From: Syncephalis fuscata S228
Taxonomy: Eukaryota; Fungi; Zoopagomycota
Length of the DNA: 64,000 bases
NCBI GenBank assembly: GCA_025786725.1
Contig: JAHLTZ010000022.1
Coordinates: 186,001-250,000 of the forward strand
Direction: 5' to 3'
Positions 27,165 through 38,813 of this stretch are shown here, piece by piece (the first letter of the stretch is position 1; every line of letters begins with the position of its first letter). Below the pieces are notes generated by a model, which ran no database searches, was not told the origin of the DNA, and was given only the letters and a program-made list of their open reading frames with translations. The translations under genes and the position numbers were made by a program.

Positions 27165-28399
27165 TTAGAGTTTTTGTTGCATCGAATACATTCTGGGAAG
27201 TGTACGTTCTTCATATTTAGGCATCATAAACGCTTTCATAATCCCAATTATGTCTTTCCATGCTGAAAGCTCTTCGGGATTATTAGTTACAGGCGTAATA
27301 CTCTTTTCTCCACTACGAATAAGAAGCATGCGTAAACTCAAGGCAGTTGGTGTATGATGGAGTGCTTCTATAGCTTTATCAAATGGAGTCTTTCCAGATA
27401 GCAGATAATAGATGCACACACCGATGGCCCAGGCATCTTGAGAAAATGGCTCGCTTATTTGCTTGGTGAAGTTTTCCGGAGCGTAAAACTTAATGTTTCC
27501 ATGTAGAGGGAAAGATGGCGAGTTGACATTTTGAATTTTATTTACCGATTGTGCCGAAGAGAAATCTCCAAGTACAAGCCATGGTTTGGCGCGGTCGTGC
27601 GAATCACTAATGAAAATATCTAGTTTACATTAGCATTTTCATTTATATTAAGTAATCAAACGTACTATTGGCATTGATATTTCGAAGTGTAACACCACAA
27701 TAATGAATATATCCTACAGCTAGTGTAGAAGTGAATATACTGTTAGTTAACGTATATTATTCGACATACCATCAAAATCTTGTAGAACAGTTTAGGTAGG
27801 AATTGTCCCTTTTCTTTCACGGTCAACGAAGAGGCATATTGGAAAAGAGTCTTTTCACCAAAATAAGATTTGATAAAGCAAACAGCATCTTTATATCGGA
27901 ATATTCCATGAAATTCTACAAAGTAAAATAAGCCACTGTTTTTGGGTGTAATTGACTCGTCAATCTTGGACATAAGTTTCTGCACCATCTAGTGTTAACC
28001 GTTTTAATGCTTTAATAAATGTCTGTACTTACACTGTGCATCAAACTTTCACTTGCAATAATTGAATCTATTGTAGTGCACATGACAGTCTTATCGGCTC
28101 CTTTGTAACTTCCAGTTAAAACAATCAAGCCTTCCTTTTCGCCGATCGGTTCTTTTATTTCTAACTCGTGATAGTATTCATGCGCATTCATAGCAATGGT
28201 CTGAAACATTTTCGACTTAATCTCTCCATCTAATAATGCAATGGTATATGGTTAGATTAAATACAACACGTAGATTGGTTATACCTTTTATCGGCTCAAC
28301 TCCATAAGGTAGTATCTTTGCTTGAGTAGCTGTTGCCATAGCCATTGCCAGAAGGCAGCTAACAGCAGCGATTCGATAAACTTTATGATATGCGGTCAT
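27165..28399 (-). CDS. Secreted pseudokinase C, about 346 aa; exons 28285-28399, 28033-28229, 27770-27988, 27666-27719, 27165-27619 (needs +1 nt near 27770)
   Basis: Signal peptide MTAYHKVYRIAAVSCLLAMAMATATQA. GYIHYCGVTLRNINANNIFI (HRD reads LRN), LGDFSSA, FYAPE, DAWAIGVCIYYLLSGKTPF, MMPKYEER. Confidence 0.88.
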
Positions 28400-29228
28400 T
28401 TGTTCTTGTATAATTTCTAAAGTAGAGATGCGTCTAAAATTGGAATATCGTTGTCAATTGGTATCACAGGGTGGGTGGTAAGCGCGACAAGGTGTTCCAT
28501 TTAACACTCTGCTCGTACTTTTATATCCGATTTACTGCCATTTTAATAGCCAATTTTGCATTAACAAATGTGAACAGCCATGTTGGCAAAAAAGCAATGC
28601 AACGTGCTGTTTCCAGTGATGGGTCGATACAAAGATGGTCTGAGTATCAAATCATTTATTTAGGAAAAGACATTGAACATTGGAAAAGGAAATACCAATT
28701 AGCGGCAATTCAAAAAGTGTTTTTATTATTTGCAGCTCCAATTCGGAGAAATGATTATATTTACTAAAATGTAGATGGCTGGTCATTTGACGTACCCAAA
28801 ATGGAACGCATCATAATGGCTGTATGAGGGAAAGTTAAATTGGAAAATCAAGGCTGAACTGTAGCTCTAAAAGGATAGCCAGTCCAAGCTTACTTCTTTG
28901 TGTTGAGATTGCGTGCTTTGACAAACAGCAAGCATGTGTTGTATAGAATAAGAACAGCACTAATCGTGGCTATATATTCGTCGTCACGCTTATCTTGCAG
29001 CAATATCGGGTAAGCAGCAACACATATTTCAATTAACGATATGAAAAGTTTTTTACAAAATAAAACCAGTCCATATCCTTTGTTATCAAATTTGAAATTA
29101 CATGAACTGTTGGTGGTTAATTCAGATAAATTTGCACAATACAACAAAATGATAGCAATAAAAGTGTAGAGAATTAATATCAAACTTTATATCAAACAAA
29201 AGGTCTAAAGAATGAAATGCCAGCCTGT

Positions 29229-31196
29229 TTAGACGTCGTTTAGCAGTACTGCCTCTGCGTCAGCAGTTGCTCGTAGTACGCTGGCTGCATTACGCAACTG
29301 ATCCGCTGTATGTCCTGCTGTTACACACAAACGAAGGCTTGGTGCGGGCAAAGCACGTTCTTGAAACTCAACATAAAGAGCACGACGTACTAAAAATCCA
29401 CTATCGCTCATCTATAACATTGTAATCATTAGCCTATGCCTATTTTGTCATTTCTTGTCCTACCTTCTCCTCAATAACACGGAAAAGAGTATCTTGTCGC
29501 GCACGAGATATGGGGCTTTCACGTTTACGGAGTCGCAAGTGGGTAATGGGCGATTTGGCATCTCCCACAAGTTCGAAATACTCAGAATCACCGAATGTAT
29601 CGTGGAATGTTCCAATGTTCGATTTCAGCAATTCTAAACGTTCTGGCTCGTTCTGCGCACGTTGAATAGCTTGAATGGCCGCTTTCGTCATGATAGCAGG
29701 CAATGAGGCGGAAAAGCAGTAAGCAGTGGCACCCAATCGCTATATTTCCATCAATAGCTGCATAAAACACAAAAAACAAACTTACTTGATGATCGATAAT
29801 TTCAATGGAACCAGCACAGAATCCTCCAGCGGAACAAAAGCTATTGGCCATGCTTCCAGCCAGCATATCTATCTCAGTAGCCTATTGTCCATTTGTTAAG
29901 CGTCAGTGTACTATTTAGCCATTATTTATTAACCTACAGGAACGTTGAAATGTTCGGTAAGACCACGACCGTGCTTGCCGAGTACACCAACAGAAAGTGA
30001 CTCATCAAGAATCAAGCGGTACTTGTATTGTTTCTTAAGACGAACCTATTGATAACATTAAAGATTGCCTACTAAATTAGCGAATGTACGAACCAGTTCT
30101 GGCAAAGGAGCAATGTCACCATAGTTTTGAAAAATGCCCTCAGTTACCACGAACCGACGTGTAAGTGAGCGCTTTTGCTAATCAGAATTACATACAACCA
30201 TATGCTATAATTAGTACTATTTTCATAAACATGCTATTAGCTATTTACCTTCTTCTCCTCAGCGGCCACTTCTTTCATAACACGCTCCAAATCAGCCATG
30301 TCATTGTGGCGGAAATATTTAACACGGCTGCGTGAGAGTTGTATGCCTCGTTGGATGGTAAATGACGCACCATCATCACTAATAAATTTATCAATAATAG
30401 TTTATTTAATAGCCACATCTTCTTACCAAATAATAATATCACCTCGTTTTGAAAAAGCCGGGATCAAACTGACCACTGTACTAAATCCTTGTGCATAAAT
30501 AATGGCCGCTTCAGTACCAAAAAATGAAGCCAAATTATTTTCCAATTCTTGATGAAGATCTGTATTATGGTATAAAATGACACTATTAGCTATTACTCCG
30601 TATAGTATTAGCACATAGAATACTTGCCAATGGTGCCATAGAAACCGGCAGGACCGCATGTGCCAACACCGTAAGTACGTAGTATCCGCTGAGACTCTTC
30701 TTTAATGGCTTTATCGCCTAGTAGACCCATAAAGTCGAATAGCGCCAAATTAATCTGACTGCCCTTGCCTTGTACTTCGACAAGTGGGCCATTAGAACTG
30801 TTGCCGCTGATATTAGCATATGTGCGTCGTAGTCATTTTCTCATCGAACACTTACCCAACAATCACGCGTGAAGCTTCCAAGTTCTGTCGTTGACTGGCA
30901 GAAAGAGCTGGCACCAATGGTTCAGGTTCCCAGTCATCTACCAATTCATCAACTTCCTTGTCAGAAAGCTCAATCGTCTTATGGTTGATGGAGTAGCTAG
31001 TCTGTACCATGTAGCGAATGGCAAAGAACACTAAGAACAACTCCAGTATAATACGCACTGGATCATTTTGATAGGAATTACGGATATATCGAAAGACGAT
31101 GTTGGAGCCGGGTATTAAACTGACCCAACCAGCCAGTTCGGCCAGAATGGCATTCGCCTGCTGGGTAAAGCCAGTCAGTGGTGTGACAAGCGTCAT
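29229..31196 (-). CDS. LCB1: Serine palmitoyltransferase subunit 1, multi-exon, one GC-AG intron
   Basis: [75 protein letters not shown]. Confidence 0.96.
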
Positions 31197-31850
31197 CGCG
31201 TCTACAATAGTAAACAAAGTGTCAATAGAGACCAGTTATTCGGTCTAGAAAATAGATTAAAGTAGTAGAGTAGTATGATGGGAACAAGGCGCGCGTGCAA
31301 ATTGGCGCAACGTGTGGCGAGTAATTATTAATTAAAATTGGTTTAATTAATTTGGACTATTGATTGAAATAAACAGCATTCGCGGTGATTATAATGGACA
31401 TTATCCATTGATCATGTGAACTCTACCGCGCGACAACCAAACACCACACGGCAATATCGTGACATTCATGCTGCTCTATTAAAACGCGTGAAATGTTTTA
31501 TATATAAAAAAGAGACTTGTGAATTGCAAAAAAACAGGCTTGACCAATAAAATGGCTGTAGGTAGGGTATGACCTTAATTGTATTAATATTATCAGTAAA
31601 CACACACACACATATATATAAACACAGATACAAATATACACATAATAATAGTATTGGTATTGTTAATATTAACAATAATAATTATAATAATCAATTGGTG
31701 TTAATCAAGAAAAATCACTATAAAGCTTGATCATTGATAGAAATATATTTGTAATATTTATGCAATATTAACTAATATAAATAACACTTACACTTGTAAC
31801 TTGGGCAAATGCTTATCAAACTCGTTAATACTTACTAATTCGTAGTTACA

Positions 31851-33200
31851 ATGACGGTTCAATCGCCGATATGCATTCTACAGCCAAGAATGCCGCTGCC
31901 AAAACAATCCATCCAGCTTAATGATCTTGATCTATTTCAGCCGCCAGTCTATATTAAACCACTTTTCATTTATCGTAATTTCGATCCATCGGCCGTGTTT
32001 ATGCCCACTTATACGCTGGTGGACGGTTTACGCCGGGCACTTGACCAGTTTCCAATCCTCTATGGCCGTTTTGAGAAAACACCCGATCAGCGGGTGCAGA
32101 TTCAATCGTCCCTTGAGGGTATACCCGTATACGAGGCATTTCTTAATATGCCGCTAAGCCGATTGGAGCCTTATTGGCGCCACGCAGATATGCCTCTTGC
32201 ACTAGATCCGGGCCACTTTGTTGCCGAGCGTGGAGATCCGTTGCTTATTGTGCAAATTACTCGATTTGCCAATAATACCGGTGTAGCTATCACGATTGTA
32301 CAACATCATTTGTGTGTAGATATTTTCAGTATTGTACAGTTTGCACGTATTTGGGCCGAGAATGTACGTCGCGGCCCCTTAGCTATTAATAACACCGCCA
32401 CGAACCTTTCGGTAACGCATAATCGACAATTACTTCAGGGCAAGCCAACGCGTATACCTATCACACCACTTAAACCAACGCGACTTTTACCGAAGCAAGA
32501 TAGATCGATGCTTATTCTTCAAGTGTCGAGAAAGAATCTTGCCCAGCTTAAGATCGATGCACATGCAACACTACCAACGCATGGTAACTATGCAATACCG
32601 TGGGTGTCGAGTCTAGATGCACTAAGTGCGCTGATAGCACGAGCCCATTTGCGCCTACAAAAGAATAAACACGACAATCCACTAGTCAATAGTCAACCAC
32701 GTACTATTTCAATGCCAATTGATTTACGCTATCGCACACCAAAACAAGTACCCGCCAATTATTTCGGTAATGGTACATTGCCGGCATTGACTAGCGTCAC
32801 TGCTGAGGAAGTGCTTAATCGGCCTATTGGCTATTTAGCCGCTAAATTACGCACTACTATCAATCGATATACGGAAGAAACATTGCCATCAATGCTTAGC
32901 GAGTTGGCCAACGAGCCGTTTGGATGGCCCACATCAAAATCGGCTCTTTATCGATTCAGTACCGCGGATATTTGTCTAACCGATTGGTCAAAATCACCGC
33001 TTTATGATGTTAATTTTGGTCATGGACCACCTGTCCGTTTCCGTGTAGCCGGCAATCCAAAAGGGCCGCCCGGATGCTATTTACGCATGCCACCAACGGC
33101 CATTAATGGTTTGGAGTTTTACATTGCCGTTCAAGTAGATCAAATTGAACAGTTCAAATCTGATACTGAATTGGGAAAATATGTAGATATTATTGGATAA
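31851..33200 (+). CDS. BAHD-type (PF02458 transferase) CoA-dependent acyltransferase, intronless
   Basis: HxxxD motif (HLCVD), LDQFPILYGR, PLLIVQITRF, PANYFGN, TDWSKSPLYDVNFGHG (DFGWG-like). Confidence 0.9.
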   Translation: MTVQSPICILQPRMPLPKQSIQLNDLDLFQPPVYIKPLFIYRNFDPSAVFMPTYTLVDGLRRALDQFPILYGRFEKTPDQRVQIQSSLEGIPVYEAFLNMPLSRLEPYWRHADMPLALDPGHFVAERGDPLLIVQITRFANNTGVAITIVQHHLCVDIFSIVQFARIWAENVRRGPLAINNTATNLSVTHNRQLLQGKPTRIPITPLKPTRLLPKQDRSMLILQVSRKNLAQLKIDAHATLPTHGNYAIPWVSSLDALSALIARAHLRLQKNKHDNPLVNSQPRTISMPIDLRYRTPKQVPANYFGNGTLPALTSVTAEEVLNRPIGYLAAKLRTTINRYTEETLPSMLSELANEPFGWPTSKSALYRFSTADICLTDWSKSPLYDVNFGHGPPVRFRVAGNPKGPPGCYLRMPPTAINGLEFYIAVQVDQIEQFKSDTELGKYVDIIG

Positions 33201-33263
33201 GCCTCATTTAATAAATTGTTTGTATAATCATCTTTATTTAGTAATCGTTGACATAGTTATCAA

Positions 33264-33457
33264 TTAATAAATGGGAAATGTCGAATCCACTGTATGAGAC
33301 CAACGATATAATCCTCCTTGAATATCAAATGCTGCCAAGTTTGTCTTTTCACGAAGTTGCCGCACGGCTAATTGAGAGTCATTGCCTAATCGACAGACAA
33401 CATAAACTATTAATCAATGAGTTAGTATAATATCAAATTGTAGTTAGATTAAGAATA

Positions 33458-33494
<37 letters not shown>

Positions 33495-35191
33495 ATCTAC
33501 TTACCAGGTCGTTCAGCCGCTTCTTTTACAATCTGGTCCATTTGTCGATCTAATTGTTTGAGTGGAATATCTAAAGGTGCATTAGTATTATATAATAATA
33601 TTGATCAGTGTCAATAACTTACTGAGTGAATTGGGCAATGAACATATTTCAAATTGAATAGATTCGCGCACATCCAATAGTAAATGATTGTTTGATAAAC
33701 GCAAATTATTGTATTCTAAATTGTAGTTATTAATACAAATACAACATATATATATATATATAATTATACTATTTACCACACATGATATCTGCTCCGTTGC
33801 ATCCAACGCTTGAATCACTGTTGTCTATTATATTTAAATATTTATTTAGTTTATTACCATAATATTTACACTTACTGAATCAGTAGCCGGTGCACCACAG
33901 AATTGCACATAATCAATAGGTGCGTGAATAGTAGGTGTATCACCACATACTGCACAGTCTACACGTCGATCACGTAATTTAATTGAACGGAATGTAGCCT
34001 GAGGTGTTCCATGAAATAGTAACATGGATGGCTTATATACTAGCCCATTGATAATTAATTAAATAGTTAGCCATTAGTGTAATACTTTATAATTGAATAT
34101 ATTACCTTGAGATGGATTCAAATAATCTGCATTGCTTGTAATGCTTGTAAACACCCAATAATACCCGGCACTGTAATTCATTACTTAATAAATCTGTTAC
34201 TTATTAATAGTGCTACTTACCAACACCCAATACACCACCATCAGCACAATTAGTAACTGTTTCCGGTGGAGGTGGAACAGGATAGAGACATCGATAACAA
34301 GGACCATTTTGATAGTTATAAATAACCAACTGTAATAATCAACACTGTTAGATGTTACTGATTAGCATTGGTATCTACTCACTTGTCCATCCATTCTTAA
34401 TGCACTGCCTGACACTAATGGTTTATTGTTTAGTACACAAACATCATTAAGTAGATAGCGGGTGGCCACATTATCCGTACAATCTAGAATAACGTCATAT
34501 CTACAAATAACACATATTTAATAATTACTCATATAATGTTATTCCTATTTACTTTGCCACTATATTCATTGCATTATCAGAGGAGAGTGCTGTATCATAA
34601 ACATCCACTGAACAATAGCGATTTAATCTATAGAGTTGCTATGAATCGATATCCATTTTAGCTAGCTATTGATTAACTTACTGTCTAACTGTTTCTGCTG
34701 CTGATTCTGCCTTGGATCGACCAACTCGTCTTTCATTATGGATTACTTGTCGATGCAAATTACCAATATCCACTGTATCGTGATCAATAATGCCTAATTG
34801 ACCAATACCAGCTGCACTTAAGTACAGTAAAGCAGGTGCACCAAGACCGCCTGCCCCTACAACTAGTACACGGGCCTGCTTTAAACGTAATTGACCTTTA
34901 TATTATTATATTATTATATTATTATATTATTATTATGTTATATATGTATGTATGTATTAGATATTTACCTGATACCCCGATATTGGGCAGTATAAGCTGG
35001 CGACCATACCGACGAATTTCTCCATTAGTTAGTGGTCTATTCTCATCATGGGTCACAGTAGCTGTTGCTTCAGTTTCTATTGCTGTAGCTGTTGCTGCTT
35101 CTAACTGCGATTCCAATAATTGAATACGCGTTTTTAGAGCAGTATTCTCGTTACGTAAGAACTCTAACTCTGTTTTCAGTTTTTGGTCCAT
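33264..35191 (-). CDS. UBA4: Adenylyltransferase/sulfurtransferase Uba4/MOCS3 (ThiF plus rhodanese), multi-exon
   Basis: [68 protein letters not shown]. Confidence 0.95.
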
Positions 35192-35338
35192 AATGTGTTT
35201 ACAAAAGGTAGGAAATAAAACACTTGTATTTTGTGAAACTTTTTTATCTATAATAATTATTCCGTCATCCTTGCATTCTTTTACTGTTACTGCTACTGCT
35301 ACTATTATTATTGTTGTTATTATTACTCGTATTAGCGG
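35192..35338. promoter_or_regulatory. Probable compact bidirectional promoter between UBA4 and RCY1
   Basis: Only 147 bp separate the two divergent start codons. Confidence 0.5.
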
Positions 35339-38300
35339 ATGGCGGAAAGTCGGCCTATTTCTTTAAGTAGCTTGGGGTTTGGTAGTAATAGTGGTGGTGG
35401 TGGTGCCAATAGTATAACTGAAGCAGACTCGGAACGGCGTGGCTCTCAGTCGTCAATGTTCAGTATGATGAGCAGTCGTACTAGCATGACAACTATTTCT
35501 AACCGACCCACTAGTCTAACCAGCGGTCATCGGTCATCGATTGACCAACAAGCAACAACAACAACTGTAGCTTATGGTAAAGGAGCGACAACAACCATGA
35601 CGGCGAACTCTCCACCGTCATCAACGGCCAAGACTTTGAATAGCAATAACAGTAGCACTACTACTTCTACAACGAGTCGCAATACTAAAAAACATGCAAC
35701 ACTAACGCTTACTTCGTTGCCACCTGATGTTACCGTGCGTATTCTTCATCATTTACCAGTTCCAACACTAAGTATTATGGCGCAAGTATCTCGTCGATTC
35801 AAAGTTCTAGTCAACAATGAAGAAATCTACATTCGTAAATTAAAGCAGATGGCATTATGGCAGGATTTGGATAGAGCAGCTCAGTCTAAAGGCGGTCTAT
35901 TGGATGCACCGGTAGCACCAGTCTATGTTGGTAGTGATCTACGAACTTATCAGCAAAAGAACGAATCTACAGGTCATGAAATAACATCTGAAACGTACCC
36001 GGCTCGTGCTCAGTTTCAACGAGTCTATCGTGAACTTATTCCATATTATGTCGATTTGCGACATCGTAATCGCGAACCACGTATACAATCTGAATTTCCA
36101 GATCCTGTAGAACGAGCTCAAATGATTGCTCGTCTACGTAGATTTATGCCAGTTAAAGTTGTTAATGATTACAAAACGGTAAGTGCTTTATTATTAGATA
36201 TCAATTCAATAGGATTAATAAATGACTATAGCTTAATTTGGCTTTGGAAACGGTCACGCAATTACTAGAAAGTCGATCTTTACAGCAATTTGAACATGCT
36301 TATCATACAGATGATACAGAAGCAATGAAGGTAATTAAATACAGTTATTTGTATTATTTATTAATATATATATATGTATATGCATATGTATGTATGTGTG
36401 TATATTATATAGTATCATGCTTCAGTATTGTTTGAGCTTAATGGTGGTCAATCCTGCGTTCAAATGTATATTCAAATGAATCAACTATTTTTTGACAATG
36501 AACATGCTCCTTTGGATAATTTATCGTAAGTGATTCGAGTATAATTATAATTATATGAATGCTGGCTAACGAGCTTGTAGTTCATCGGCTATTAATGAAA
36601 ATGGCGATCATATACCATTGCTAAATTTTACGGAGCATCTCCAACGTGAACTTGAACGGCAAGCAAAAATGATATCTGAAATATTCTCAGAAGACGATGA
36701 TGTATTGTTTGCGTTTACAGAGCGTGTTTATGAAGACGTTGTAAGTGGCTAGCGATTAATATATGCCTATAGATTAATGTTGTTTAATTAGATCGTAGAT
36801 TATGTTAATGAATTAATGGCTGGTGCTTTACAACGATCGTTGCCAGATTATTTGAATTTGACAGTTGAAGCATATCGCCGGATATCTGCGTTGACTATTA
36901 GTTTGACACAAATGCGACCACGAGCATTAGATCCGGAACGGGCTCATCGTTGTCTTTACTCGGTATTTAGTCCGTTAATGGAGCCGTATATTGAACGAGA
37001 GGTACGGGCCCTTCGTGAAATGTACGATCGAGAGATTCGTCGATGGGATCGTCAAATGGCCGAAATGAAACATCGAGCTGAAGTAGAGCGGGCTCGTCGT
37101 TTAATGGGAGCGGCCGAACGTGAAGCTTATAAGAAAGGATTTCTTCGTCGATTAAAACGAGGTTTAACACGTAGTAAAGATGCAGAAATACCCACACCCA
37201 ATGCTACCGAGGCCGATGACTCTGCCGCCAATATTGTTCAAGAATTAAGCGGTCTATTATCACTTGAAATGTCGCTACAAATGATACATGTAAACAAGCA
37301 AGCGTTACATCGTGTATTGCGATTTGCTAGTCTCGGTGGGCGGGCTGGTGTTGACGTGTAAGTGTCTAATTAGCTTGTGGTGGTTATTAGTGTTAATTTA
37401 AGTAGTGGACGTGGTCTAGAGCGTATTTTTGTATCGTTACTGCACACACTTGGACCACGGCATGTTAAACCGGCATTTGAAGCGTAAGTTATTTGATTTA
37501 TACCAGGCTTTGTGTTTTATTGATATAGTGATGTGCAGTGCGGTAGAACGTCTAAGTGAATATAAAACAACACGATCAACGGCCAATGACGAACAAGTAC
37601 AGCCTATATTACGGTTTTTTGAACTTATTCATTTGGGTGATCTTGTACATCAAATGATTTTTGTTTATTATAAAGAAGAAATTGTAAGTAGTATTAATGA
37701 ATATGGCATAGCTATTAACCTGTAAACCTCTAATCACCCAGTGTCGATTTGTCGATGAACACGACTTTACCAATGGATGTAATGCGGAAAAGAAGGCATT
37801 TGAACGCAATCTAGACGATGTAGTTGCTTCAGGACTAGATCGAAGCATCGAGGTAGGCATTGGTGGTGGTAACACTTGTTAAAAGTAACATAACTAATGT
37901 ATAATATTAGGTGTTAATGGGCCATGTGGAATATATACTAGAGAATGAACAAAAACCAACAGATTATGATCCAGAAAATGAAATATTGGATCTTAAGCCT
38001 ACAAAGGTAAATAGACTATTTATTATTAAATATACAATAGTAATTGGTTGATAATTAGGCGTGCTATGATGTTGTTAAATGTTTATCCACTCATACACAA
38101 ATGGTTAGTGGTGCCACCGAAAAGTCAATGCTTGAAGTGTTTTACACCGAATTGGGATTACGATTTTTTAAGTAAGTATAAATGCAATTAGATAGAACTC
38201 TATTAACCATTGTGCACAGTATTCTATCAAAGCATTTGAAAAAAATCAAATTAGCGAGTCGGGCGGATTTCAAGTTATTAGGCAAGTATATAATAAGCAT

Positions 38301-38593
38301 AATACGTCTTATAGCACTGTATATTAACTGATTATAACAATTAGTGATCTTAATCATTATCATGAATGGGCCGAGTCGTTAAATGCTGCCGAAGCACTAC
38401 GCTATTTCCATGCGCTTAAAGAACTGGGCCATATCTACATTGTGTCGCCTCAAGATCTACGCGAATTAATGCACGATCGACGACGCTACCAAGGCGCGTT
38501 AAGAGAAGAAGAAATCTATGAATTTGTACAACTTCGCAAAGACTATCGCCGTATTCAAAAAGTAGTAGAATCAGAAAATGCTATGTCATGTAA
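35339..38593 (+). CDS. RCY1: F-box/Sec10-like recyclin (Rcy1/Pof6), multi-exon; CaaX end (CYVM*) after a 1-nt correction at about 38576
   Basis: F-box LTSLPPDVTVRILHHLP, FFELIHLGDLVHQMI.VYY, EKKAFERNLDDVVASGL, EVFYTELGLR, GGFQVISDLNHY, EEEIYEFVQLRKDY. Confidence 0.88.
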
Positions 38594-38813
38594 TTGTTAT
38601 AGTATGAGTTATAATAATAATAATAATAATATAGATTTGTGCAAGTTAAATAAATATAATTAATTTTGTATAGTGTTTATTATTCTGGTAGTTAATTATT
38701 ATCATTGAAATGTTGTGGAGACAAAAAAGTTACAATAAAATAAAATAAAAAATTCAAAATGATTCAATGGCTATTGTACATCAAAATACAAAAAAGACAA
38801 AACTAAATTATGA

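Noticed and set aside
22085-28825. Shared CATAATGGC and AAAATGGAA words upstream of pseudokinases B and C
   Set aside because: Short AT-rich words in a different order. They cannot be distinguished from background without motif-enrichment analysis.
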